Below, in pieces: positions 55,107 to 64,000 of a stretch of 64,000 bases of DNA. The DNA comes from an uncultured Methanosarcinaceae archaeon. GTDB taxonomy: Archaea; Halobacteriota; Methanosarcinia; Methanosarcinales; Methanosarcinaceae. The position numbers and the translations under genes were made by a program. Within the stretch, counting starts at the first letter, position 1, and each line of letters opens with the position of its first letter. The notes beneath the pieces were generated by a model, which had not been told where the DNA came from, did no database searches, and saw nothing but the letters and a program-made list of their open reading frames with translations. The stretch lies in the NCBI GenBank assembly GCA_963833425.1, contig CAWHXP010000010.1:1-64000 (forward strand), read 5' to 3'.

Positions 55107-55724
55107 TAGTCATCCTTTACCGTCAATCATTAGTCTTCCTTAACTGTTACATATAATTGGTGCAGTTAAATTATAAAAAATATTCTATAACTCCCGAATT
55201 TCATTACATGCTTAGAAATAATATCAAAATTAATCTTGAAAGTAAAATATTTAGATAAATCCACATAAGTTTATAAATCCTCATAAGTTGATTATAAAAT
55301 ATATCAACAGCACAACATTTTCCATTATTCTAGTATTTTCCCAGTATTGAAAGATAAATTAAGTTATTATGATAATCAATAATATGAACAGGAAATGTGA
55401 TAAAGCCAGGTTAAATTGGGTTGAGTTGTGGAGTGGCTTATCTTCAATATTGTTCTTATGATCGAACTGTAGTAATAGTTCAGTAACTCCTTTCCTCTGA
55501 TTCCATGTTTTCATACCGGATTCAAGATTTTTGGAAATTCTGAAGAGAACTCTGGTTTTTTTATTATTGTTGTCTACATAAAAATTGCTTCCTGTAGCCT
55601 TTGATTCTTTCTGACAAATATAAAAACATAAAACTTGATCAGCTAAAAATTCCATGTTTGGTAATTTAGGTTAGCCAAAATTTATATATATACGTGGATT
55701 GTTTTTAACCGTGGTAGTGATTCG

Positions 55725-56429
55725 ATGCCATCAGCACAAGTGGAAGAGTATCTGAAAACGATCTATGATATAGCAGGCAAAAACGGCGCTGTGCGGACTA
55801 CTGAGATAGCGAAATGCCTAAAAATATCGCCAGCAAGTGTTACAGAAGCGGTTCAGCATATGGCGAAAAAAGGCCTTGTAGTTTATGCTCCTTATAAAGG
55901 TGCTACTCTCACAAAGGAAGGATTGATAATAGCTATTAAAATTAAACGAAAGCATAGACTTCTGGAAGTATTTCTCACTGATGCCCTCCACATAGATGAA
56001 AAAAAGGCGCATGCTGAAGCCTGTAAGATGGAGCACGATATTTCTGACGAGACGGAAAACGCTTTATGTAAGATTCTTAATGCTCCTGCTAGGTGTCCAC
56101 ATGGAAGCCATATCAGTTCCTGTACCATGTTTGTAGGTACGTGCGATGAATGCAACGGAGCTACTAGTTCACGGAAGCGTAGAACAAATGATGGTAGTAT
56201 TGTTCCGATTACTGACCTTGAACCGTGTGAAAAAGGCCTCATCAAATTCCTTAGGGGAGATAAGAAAATCGTACAGCGGTTATCTGATCTTGGATTAACA
56301 TTGAATACAAAAGTCGAACTACTGCGAAAAGCACCAATGAATGGTCCCATAGAAATATGTGTCAGAAGGACGAATCTAGCGATAGCAAGGGAAATAGCAG
56401 ATAATATTTTTGTAAACGTGTCAAGATAA
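55725..56429 (+). CDS. DtxR-family metal-dependent regulator with C-terminal FeoA domain
   Basis: EEYLKTIY, SPASVTE, RKHRLLEVFL, ACKMEH, CPHG, RLSDLGL...APMNGP. Confidence 0.92.
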   Translation: MPSAQVEEYLKTIYDIAGKNGAVRTTEIAKCLKISPASVTEAVQHMAKKGLVVYAPYKGATLTKEGLIIAIKIKRKHRLLEVFLTDALHIDEKKAHAEACKMEHDISDETENALCKILNAPARCPHGSHISSCTMFVGTCDECNGATSSRKRRTNDGSIVPITDLEPCEKGLIKFLRGDKKIVQRLSDLGLTLNTKVELLRKAPMNGPIEICVRRTNLAIAREIADNIFVNVSR

Positions 56430-56442
56430 AACGGAGTATTTA

Positions 56443-58422
56443 ATGGCAGGATGTAAAAATTGTGGGCAATGTGATCCAGCATCTAAAAGGATGAAAGATT
56501 TCAAAAGGGTGGTTGCTCTTGCAGGGAATTCTAACGTGGGTAAGAGTGCCATATTTAACCAATTAACTGGCGTGGATCAGATAATAGGCAACTGGCCGGG
56601 GAAGACTGTAGAGCATGCCGAGGGATTATTGCATTATAAAGGTCTGAGGATCAAGATAATCGATCTGCCAGGAATATACTCGTTCTCCACATACTCAATG
56701 GAAGAGATCGTATCTAGAGATTTCATCGCTCTTGAAAAGCCGGACATAGTCGTAAATGTCATAGACGCATCGGCACTGGAACGAAATTTGTTTTTCACAC
56801 TACAACTGATAGAATTAGGCGTACCGATGGTCATAGCACTCAACCAAGTGGACCTTATGGAAAAGAAAGGATTATCCATCGATGCTAAAAAACTTGAGGA
56901 AATCCTGGGAGTGTCTGTAGTCACCACTGTAGCAATCAAGGGAACTGGCATCGATAAATTGACAGAAATAATCATCGATGCAATCGAAAATAAAAAACTT
57001 CCAACCAAAATAAAATACGGTCAAGAAATAGAGCACCGCTTAGAGAAGCTTATAGCAGCTATGGGCAATGTAAACACTGGATATCCTTCACGTTGGACGG
57101 CTATCAAACTCATCGAGAAAGACGCTGATATTCAAAAACTCTTCGAGAAGGCTGATCCGAATGTTCCCATATTAGCTGATTCGCTGGCTGACGAGATCGA
57201 GAAGATACACGGTGAGCCATCTGGAATAGTGATCACAGGGGAGCGCTATCATGTAGCTGACATGATTGCTCACGAAGTCTTCAGAGATATCATGCCAGGT
57301 ATGAAAAAAAGAACGTTGACAGAAACTTTGGATAATATCGCTCTGCACCCAGTATTGGGATATGTGACTGCTATCATGGTCATTGGGGGGCTGTTGGTCT
57401 GGACATTTCTCATAGGTACCCGTGTTTCGGACTTTATACAAGATTCTTTAACTGCTATAGAGCAATACGAGCCAGTCATTACAGGCTCCATAGAAAACAT
57501 TTTATGGAATGGCGCTTTCACCGGATTTGTGGCCGGAGTAACTCTCATAATCCCGTATGTACTACCATTTTACTTAATACTTGCATTTATTGAGGATTCT
57601 GGATACTTGACTAGAATATCATTCATGCTCGATCGCGGTATGCATAAGCTTGGGTTACATGGCAAAGCAGTCATTCCCTTAATACTTGGGTATGGGTGCA
57701 ATGTGCCAGCGGTTTACTCTTGTCGGATAATGGAAACCCCTAAGCAAAAAACACTTCTAGCCTACCTGGTTACACTAATACCATGCACAGCAAGGACTGT
57801 AGTCATTTTAGGATTAGTAGCTACATTTGTAAGTATTTGGTGGGGTCTGGCGCTATATGTATTTGATATATTACTAATTATCGTGGTAGGCCGTATAGCG
57901 TTCAAAGTAATGCCTGGAGAATCTGTTGGTCTGATTATAGAGATGGCAGACTATCATGTCCCTTCTCTCAAAGTCATACTTAAACAGACGTGGGCACGCA
58001 CCAAATCATTAATTATGATTGTATTTCCGGCTTATATCATCGGCAGTGCAGTAGTACAAGCATTATATGCATTTGGGATACTGACTCCAATTAACAATGC
58101 ACTAATACCAATAACTGTTTGGTGGCTTGGATTGCCAGCCGTCTCTGGTATATTGTTGATATTCGGAATCGTTAGGAAAGAAATGACTCTATTAACACTT
58201 GCAGTACTTTTTCATACAACGAACTTTGGCTCGATCATGACTCCGGTTCAATTAATAGTATTAGCGCTTGTCAGCATGATATACATCCCATGCCTAGCTA
58301 ATATACTTGCCCTAGCATCGGAGTTCGGATGGAGAAAAGCGACAGTTGTAACAATAGCAGAAATAGGCACGGCAATAATGATAGGAGGTATTGGATTCAG
58401 GCTACTAAGTCTATTCATGTGA
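56443..58422 (+). CDS. feoB: Ferrous iron transporter FeoB
   Basis: GNSNVGKS, GNWPGKTVE, DLPG, EDSGYL, GYGCNVP, YIPC. Confidence 0.95.
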   Translation: MAGCKNCGQCDPASKRMKDFKRVVALAGNSNVGKSAIFNQLTGVDQIIGNWPGKTVEHAEGLLHYKGLRIKIIDLPGIYSFSTYSMEEIVSRDFIALEKPDIVVNVIDASALERNLFFTLQLIELGVPMVIALNQVDLMEKKGLSIDAKKLEEILGVSVVTTVAIKGTGIDKLTEIIIDAIENKKLPTKIKYGQEIEHRLEKLIAAMGNVNTGYPSRWTAIKLIEKDADIQKLFEKADPNVPILADSLADEIEKIHGEPSGIVITGERYHVADMIAHEVFRDIMPGMKKRTLTETLDNIALHPVLGYVTAIMVIGGLLVWTFLIGTRVSDFIQDSLTAIEQYEPVITGSIENILWNGAFTGFVAGVTLIIPYVLPFYLILAFIEDSGYLTRISFMLDRGMHKLGLHGKAVIPLILGYGCNVPAVYSCRIMETPKQKTLLAYLVTLIPCTARTVVILGLVATFVSIWWGLALYVFDILLIIVVGRIAFKVMPGESVGLIIEMADYHVPSLKVILKQTWARTKSLIMIVFPAYIIGSAVVQALYAFGILTPINNALIPITVWWLGLPAVSGILLIFGIVRKEMTLLTLAVLFHTTNFGSIMTPVQLIVLALVSMIYIPCLANILALASEFGWRKATVVTIAEIGTAIMIGGIGFRLLSLFM

Positions 58423-58434
58423 GAAGTAAAATCT

Positions 58435-58584
58435 GGTTCCGTTGCAAAAAATCTGAACATTTTACAAAATCGTTGAAAACATTCACAATAAGGAGATTTT
58501 AGTTATCAAAGTTGAGTTAAAATAGCATTTAAAGGAATTAATAATAGCCTCAAAGTACAGAAAAATTATTTTTGCAACAGAACC
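58435..58584 (+). mobile_element. IS6-related MITE (150 bp), right boundary of the composite unit
   Basis: Near-identical to 48989-49138; followed by tgattggg. Confidence 0.92.
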
Positions 58585-58706
58585 TGATTGGGAACTGAAT
58601 ATCTTAAAAAATGAAGATCCAATAAAAGAATCATTGGTTAATTGGTTGAGATTATTTAGGGCAAGCTAAAGAGTATCATATTGCCTTTCTGCGATACTTT
58701 GCCTAT

Positions 58707-59867
58707 TCAATATTCAAAAATAGCTTCAATTACGGGCTCTGCAAGTTTTATCACATCTTTTTTAAAAGAGTATATATCATCTAAAACAGCAGAATTTCTT
58801 CCCTTTAATAGTTTCTGTTTCAGTTTTTTCCCCAGAATGTCGTCGTTTCCCGCTTCCAGCCTGAGCACTAAAGACCCCGGATAAATTTCTGTTCGACGCG
58901 CAAGGTTGTCGCAGTCCCCGTCAATGATCCCGATAATAGGAATCTCAAGCCTGGAGAGGATGTCGCCTGCTATGGCTGTGGTGTCATCCCCCACGGTAAC
59001 TGCAAGTTCAGCTCCAGCAGCTAGTTCGAAGGTGTATTCTGCTTTATGATCTATAAGTACAACTTTTCCTGTTCTGAGCCTGGAAGAGAAACCTGAACTT
59101 CTGTCACAGGGATTTTGTTTTTGGGTATTAGGGAGTAAGAAATCGCTTCTTCTCAGGTTCCCACTCTTTGCCCAGGCTTTTGCAAGGTCAAGTGAGTCCA
59201 TTTTTTCATAATTATGAAGCTTTTCTAACCCGTGCTTCTTTAATACTCCCCCTTCGATTGCAACAATAAAGCCATTTTCGGAAACTATGCTTATTTTGGA
59301 AGATAGGGCTTTCCCAATCACGATCCCGTTTACCAGGATATTTTCACCGGGAAAGATGCCTGAAAGCTTGCGGATAACCCGGATTTTACCTGTGATCTGG
59401 CATTTTTCTACAAATACCTTATTTTGAAGAGGTAGAGGGCTTTTCATAGGAAGCCCTAAAGTCTCGGAAAGTGTCTCGAGGTATTCTCCTGCTTTTTTGT
59501 TAAAAAGTATCAATTTCCCATCGGTGCATTTTGGGCTTTCTATCTGGATAAGAGGCTTCATCTCCGGCTCTCTGAGACGAGCGACAACCATCGCTCCGAA
59601 TACCCCCCCGGTTTCAACTGTTTTTCCTCTGTTCAGGAGGCACACAAGGTTTGAGGTCTCAAAAAAGGCTTCGATACAGGCACTCGGCTTCAAGTGTCGA
59701 CTGATGTCTATAACATTTTCAAGTCCGGCATCAAGGACAGCTGTTTTTCCCATGGTCCCTCCAAGCATGGCCTCTACTGTGCCCATGCGAGAAAGTTTTT
59801 CAAGGACTCTTTTCGCCTCTCCCGAATCAATCACTTCGGGTCCGTGAATTACCAGGCCGATCTTCAT
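58707..59867 (-). CDS. DUF2117-family methanogen protein
   Basis: MKIGLVIHGPEVIDSG, GGTMGKTAVLDA, VTVGDDTT, GIIDGDCD. Confidence 0.85.
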   Translation of the reverse strand: MKIGLVIHGPEVIDSGEAKRVLEKLSRMGTVEAMLGGTMGKTAVLDAGLENVIDISRHLKPSACIEAFFETSNLVCLLNRGKTVETGGVFGAMVVARLREPEMKPLIQIESPKCTDGKLILFNKKAGEYLETLSETLGLPMKSPLPLQNKVFVEKCQITGKIRVIRKLSGIFPGENILVNGIVIGKALSSKISIVSENGFIVAIEGGVLKKHGLEKLHNYEKMDSLDLAKAWAKSGNLRRSDFLLPNTQKQNPCDRSSGFSSRLRTGKVVLIDHKAEYTFELAAGAELAVTVGDDTTAIAGDILSRLEIPIIGIIDGDCDNLARRTEIYPGSLVLRLEAGNDDILGKKLKQKLLKGRNSAVLDDIYSFKKDVIKLAEPVIEAIFEY

Positions 59868-59910
59868 TTTCAGCTGGTTTAAAGAGAAGACACTTATTAA
59901 TGTTGCCCTT

Positions 59911-60173
59911 AGAGCTTATCCAAAAAGTGTTGTAACCTACTGTAATATTTACGGTCCGTCGCTGTTCCTAAACCTTAAAGAGGCGCATCGTGCTTGCAAT
60001 CTGCATGTTCATAGGCCCAGGAATTTTTGCATTGACCGGCCTGGCTCGCAGCATGGGAACTATCCATGAAGCGATCCTTTCCTCGCTCCTTATAACCTTT
60101 GTTACCATTTCAATGATCCAGATATCTTCCTTCTTGGCCTGAAATTCCCTTCGACCACCTAGGCTTGCCGGAG
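59911..60173 (-). pseudogene. Possible IS5-like transposase C-terminal relic ending at a family A site
   Basis: GC-rich patch; broken frames read VEGNF/GQEGRYLD; stops at site 60174. Confidence 0.35.
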
Positions 60174-60203
60174 ATACACAGTTTTTGTAATAAAACTTGG
60201 TAT
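60174..60203. repeat. Family A dyad site
   Basis: atacacagttttt-gtaat-aaaacttggtat (1-bp deletion in the right arm). Confidence 0.75.
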
Positions 60204-60400
60204 GTTTATGGATATCCGTATTGATGACTTACAAAACTAACATGCTTAAATGTCATCAAATATCACAATGGGATTATAAATAATAAACCATTAATTATAT
60301 GTACATATTTATATATCTAAAAATATTATTTTCATTTAGTATTAAGTTGAAATATATAAAATGACCATAATAAAATATTGGAAAAAAATCATCTACTAGA

Positions 60401-60690
60401 ATGAAAAAGGTACTGTCCATTTTGTTTGCAGTCCTTTTTGTAGCATCGTTGACAGCTATGTCAGCTAGTGCACGTCCTGGTTGGTACGTGGTGGAAATTG
60501 GGGCTGGGGTGGAAGCTGGCGTGACGGCCTTGGCTGGGGCTGGAACTGGTCTGACCCTTGTCAGTATGTTTTTAATGGTGCAGGATCCTGGGTTGTGTCT
60601 TGCCCTTCCCCAGCAACCAGTTTTCCCTACTTGTGTGAGGTACCTGCCGGTACCGTTAACAACCATTTTCAGCCCACTGTCCAGTCTTAA
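60401..60690 (+). pseudogene. Small secreted Gly/Trp-rich leader-family peptide, frameshifted near 60485
   Basis: Leader MKKVLSILFAVLFVASLTAMSASA; core RGGNWGWGGSW...CQYVFNGAGSWVVSC is in another frame. Confidence 0.6.
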
Positions 60691-61113
60691 CTCCGTTAAA
60701 TGAAAACAACAACTGGGTAAAATAAAATTATATGTAAAATGGAAATAAGGTCTAAATGCTTTTACATCCTGCGCAAAATGACCCCAAAAAAGTCCACTAG
60801 CAATTGGTCATAAAAATAAGTTTGAGACCTTTAATTTCTTTTTTTTAGAAATAAATCTATTTCTTTTTATGATCATATAACACAGATCTAAGAAATCTAC
60901 GTCGTAACAGTAACGTTTTACTCTCGTTGCTATCCAGACAATTGATAAATCATGACGATCCGAAAAACCTTATGTCGAAAAACATAAATATTTGTAGATA
61001 TAAGTTAGTTATGAAGTAATAATTAATTGATATTAATTAATAACTTTATACATGTAAAAGCTTCTGAAAATTAAAAAATTAACGACTATTCTAAATCTAC
61101 TGGAGATAACTAA

Positions 61114-61392
61114 ATGACAGAAGCATTAAGTTCCAATAAATCGAGACCTTCCCCCACCCTTAACACTATTCTTATGGTCGAAGACGCCCTCAAGAATAAC
61201 ATGAATAGTGTTGTAACGATAGCAGAACTAAAAAAAATGCTGCCAAGACAAGTAAACCACAACACTCTGATGGTTATTCTGAATTATCTGGAACAAGGAA
61301 ATAAAATTGTTCTGGGGCTCAAGGGAATAACATGGATTCACAGCAGAAATGAAAATTTGAAAAAGGCCGTGGTTCAAGGACTTGAACTATGA
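61114..61392 (+). CDS. Small winged-HTH protein (putative antitoxin or regulator)
   Basis: PTLNTILMVE...LKKMLPRQVNHNTL..ILNYLE; overlaps the next ORF by 4 bp. Confidence 0.7.
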   Translation: MTEALSSNKSRPSPTLNTILMVEDALKNNMNSVVTIAELKKMLPRQVNHNTLMVILNYLEQGNKIVLGLKGITWIHSRNENLKKAVVQGLEL

Positions 61393-61673
61393 AACATGTC
61401 AGGGTAATTCTTGCCTCAGAGGCTGCAGAAGCATATTATAATGTTATAAACAAAGCATCAGACTCAAAACAAGAAGAAGTTATCCTTAATGCATTTCTTC
61501 AGAAAGTGGAATTGATAAAAGAGAACGTTCATTATGGACAGCCAATTACCAAAAAATTGATTCCTGTTGAATAAAAAACCAAATATGGAATAACGAACCT
61601 GTTTAGAGTAGAGCTTCCTAATTTTTGGAGGATGCTTTACACACTTACAGCAGGAAGGCCTGAAAGTACGTGA
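61389..61673 (+). pseudogene. RelE-like toxin with premature stop
   Basis: TAA at 61572; frame continues KYGITNLFRVELPNFWRMLYTL. Confidence 0.6.
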
Positions 61674-62141
61674 TTAAAAAGGTTCCACACGTACTTCTTT
61701 CTTATTTTCCCATAATTACGATTATTTAACTCATTATTTCTATCCGTTTTTAAATTTCTCTCTATTTATACCCTGTTTTCATCCTCGTACATCTCAACCT
61801 CTGTAATTAAATGCCATATTATATTTATAAAAATGTTGTTTTTGTTTTCACTGGATTTAAGACTTACACAATTGAACTGAGACTTCAATAGCATTAAACT
61901 GTTATAGATTTTTATGCATCTGAGTTTTTTTAAATAACAATATTTATTTATATTTAGCACAACTAAATTTGATTTAACTTAACTAATCTTTACTTGATAT
62001 AATATTGAGACTCGCACAGTTTAACTGAAAAATCACTCTGAAATTCAAGTTTAGACCACATCGTCTGTTACGCTTGATTTTGTACTTCAAATGCGTGAGT
62101 CTTAAGCATATTTACTTGACTTGATATTTAATGGTGATCTT

Positions 62142-62849
62142 ATGCATATAATGGAAGGCTTTTTACCGGTTTTTTGGTGTCTAGTATGGTTTGCAGTATC
62201 AATACCAATGGTCGCATTTGGTGTTTACAAAATGAATAAATTAGTGAGCAAAAAACGCGAGATATTACCTATCCTTGCGGTCGCAGGTGCATTTATCTTC
62301 GTGCTTTCCTCCCTAAAAATGCCCTCGGTTACAGGAAGCTGTTCTCATCCTACAGGAACAGGGGTAGGAGCAATCATTTTTGGGCTTGCGATTACTGCAG
62401 TTCTTGGGTCTATTGTACTAATCTTCCAAGCTCTCTTCCTAGCCCATGGAGGGCTTACGACCCTTGGAGCAAATGTATTCTCCATGGGCATCGTGGGTCC
62501 GGTGGTGTCATACCTAATTTATAAGGCCGGAATGAAAGCCAAAATCAACTTTTATTTTATTGTCTTTCTGGCTGCAGCTTTCGGCGACTGGGCTACTTAT
62601 ATTACAACTTCTACACAACTTGCTTTGGCATTTCCTGCAGGAGGAATCTTAAATTATGTGGGTTTCTTCAGTTCATTCAGCAAATTTCTTGAAGTCTTCG
62701 CAATTACTCAGATACCCCTAGCAATCATCGAAGGCGCTGTTAGTGCCCTACTCTTCAAGTATGTGATTGAGGTCAAGAGTGATATCCTTGTTGAAATGAA
62801 CGTATTGACCGAATCTTTAGTTCGCAAAATCAGGGGGCTTGTTGCATGA
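62142..62849 (+). CDS. cbiM: Cobalt ECF transporter substrate component CbiM
   Basis: MHIMEGFL N-terminus, [19 protein letters not shown]. Confidence 0.95.
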   Translation: MHIMEGFLPVFWCLVWFAVSIPMVAFGVYKMNKLVSKKREILPILAVAGAFIFVLSSLKMPSVTGSCSHPTGTGVGAIIFGLAITAVLGSIVLIFQALFLAHGGLTTLGANVFSMGIVGPVVSYLIYKAGMKAKINFYFIVFLAAAFGDWATYITTSTQLALAFPAGGILNYVGFFSSFSKFLEVFAITQIPLAIIEGAVSALLFKYVIEVKSDILVEMNVLTESLVRKIRGLVA

Positions 62850-63190
62850 GCAGGAAACTTGAATTTATCGTGATTGCTATAATTCTGATTTTTGCAGCTC
62901 AGTTCTTTTATATGTCTTCTACTACACATGCCGAATATGGTGGAGCTGATGACAAACCCGAAGGTGTTATTGATCAAATTACAGATGGGACTTACAAGCC
63001 CATTGCAAAACCTATCTGGAAACCTCCGAGTGATGAAATAGAAAGCCTGCTTTTTGGCCTTCAGGCAGCTACCGGTGCAATAATTATCGGTTACTTCCTC
63101 GGGTATTACAGAGCAAAAAACAGTTTTGAAAGCGATTTCGGTATTCAAAAAGATAAAAAACTGCAAAGGGACGAAAAAATCCAAACATGA
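62846..63190 (+). CDS. cbiN: Cobalt transporter component CbiN
   Basis: [27 protein letters not shown]. Confidence 0.92.
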   Translation: MSRKLEFIVIAIILIFAAQFFYMSSTTHAEYGGADDKPEGVIDQITDGTYKPIAKPIWKPPSDEIESLLFGLQAATGAIIIGYFLGYYRAKNSFESDFGIQKDKKLQRDEKIQT

Positions 63191-63276
63191 TAGGTAATCC
63201 TTAATTTTTAACCTTTAGAGGGTTCTAAAAAACCCTCAAATTTGCTTGATTGTTTGTAAAGAGCATATAATTAATT

Positions 63277-63425
63277 GGTTCCGTTGCAAAAATAATTTTA
63301 CTGCCTTTTTAGGCTATAATGGTTGCCTTTTGTGTCATTATTGACCTGTTGATGGCATATATAGATCCTATTTGTGAATGTTTTCAACGATTTTGTAAAA
63401 TAGCCATATTTTTTGCAACGGAACC
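63277..63425 (-). mobile_element. IS6-related MITE (149 bp)
   Basis: TIRs ggttccgttgcaaaa and ttttgcaacggaacc; resembles the reverse complement of 38962-39109. Confidence 0.88.
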
Positions 63426-63514
63426 TTAATATGAGTACACTAAAATAAAATATAAAAATTCATTTAAAATAGTTGTATTATTCATTTGCATTAATTCATC
63501 ATCGAGAGAAAAAT

Positions 63515-64000
63515 TCACTTGGAGTTAATAAATCCTGTGTTTTTATGTACTACCTTTGCGTTGGAAAGTACAATAGATTCGATATCAGCGTAATTTTTCA
63601 CAATTGCTGCTTTCAAAAGTGGCGTATATAATATGTCCATGACATCAATAATATCACCAGTCACGGAGAAAAACCGAGTATTGCCGTGTCCACGTATTTC
63701 GTATTTATGAATTAGTTGCTTTTCTCCGAGTTCGCCTAATCTATGTGAAACATGGGTATCGCAATTTGGAGAATCGCCAATTAATTTACATATTTTCTTG
63801 TATACTTGATTCACTATTCCGGAGTGCGGTGGTAATTTGCCTTTCACTGTAGTTAAAGCCATACTAGCCAAGTGAATAGATAATATGAGATATCTATCTA
63901 TGTGCTGATATTTTTTGGAGCATTTCAGTTGTTGCTCTGGTATTTACGGCATTTTCTGCTGCATCTATATGGTCTTTGGTAACGCATATGGAATTTTCAA
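63515..64000 (-). CDS. C-terminal part of a divergent Orc1/Cdc6-like protein (continues beyond the window)
   Basis: Open frame to the window edge: VTKDHIDAA...VYKKICKLIG...VSHRLGELGEKQLI...GHGNTR. Confidence 0.65.

Larger units (their letters stand above)
48989..58584. mobile_element. MITE-bounded composite transposon-like unit (9.6 kb) with 8-bp duplication
   Basis: Directly oriented MITE copies differing at 3 positions; tgattggg at 48981-48988 and 58585-58592. Confidence 0.85.

Noticed and set aside
2503..60203. Classical integron attC sites or CRISPR repeats as the identity of family A
   Set aside because: No RYYYAAC/GTTRRRY ends or long attC hairpins, no IntI gene, cargo in both orientations, and spacing of 0.5-10 kb.
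1..64000. Tyrosine or serine recombinase gene, tRNA or rRNA
   Set aside because: No ORF with a recognisable R-H-R-Y integrase or resolvase signature, and no tRNA- or rRNA-like segment seen.

Overview
AT-rich archaeal accessory region. The gene content (Cam-type carbonic anhydrase, DUF2284, DUF2117, CbiMN, Orc1/Cdc6, MNT-HEPN pairs) suggests Methanosarcina or a close relative; this is inference. No rRNA, tRNA or CRISPR array was recognised. The window is a mosaic of 1-3-gene modules: toxin-antitoxin pairs, secreted hydrolases and peptides, metal transporters, homologs of metabolic genes and many pseudogenes. Main finding: about 29 clear copies (plus about 5 degenerate ones) of a ~31-bp imperfect dyad, roughly ATRCAYAGNTTTT-N5-AAAANCTNTGCAT, lie between the modules. 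Duplicated blocks start or stop at the dyad and gene fragments are cut at it, as expected for a recombination-site-delimited cassette array (pdif-module or integron-like). No recombinase gene lies in the window. Also present: a second 33-bp dyad at a fixed 94-95 bp from three of the sites; an ORB-like non-coding element joined to five sites; an IS6 element with a ~150-bp MITE family, two copies of which bound a 9.6-kb feoB-carrying segment with an 8-bp target duplication; and a family of small secreted peptides with a shared leader. All calls were made by eye from the sequence and ORF track; no database searches were run.
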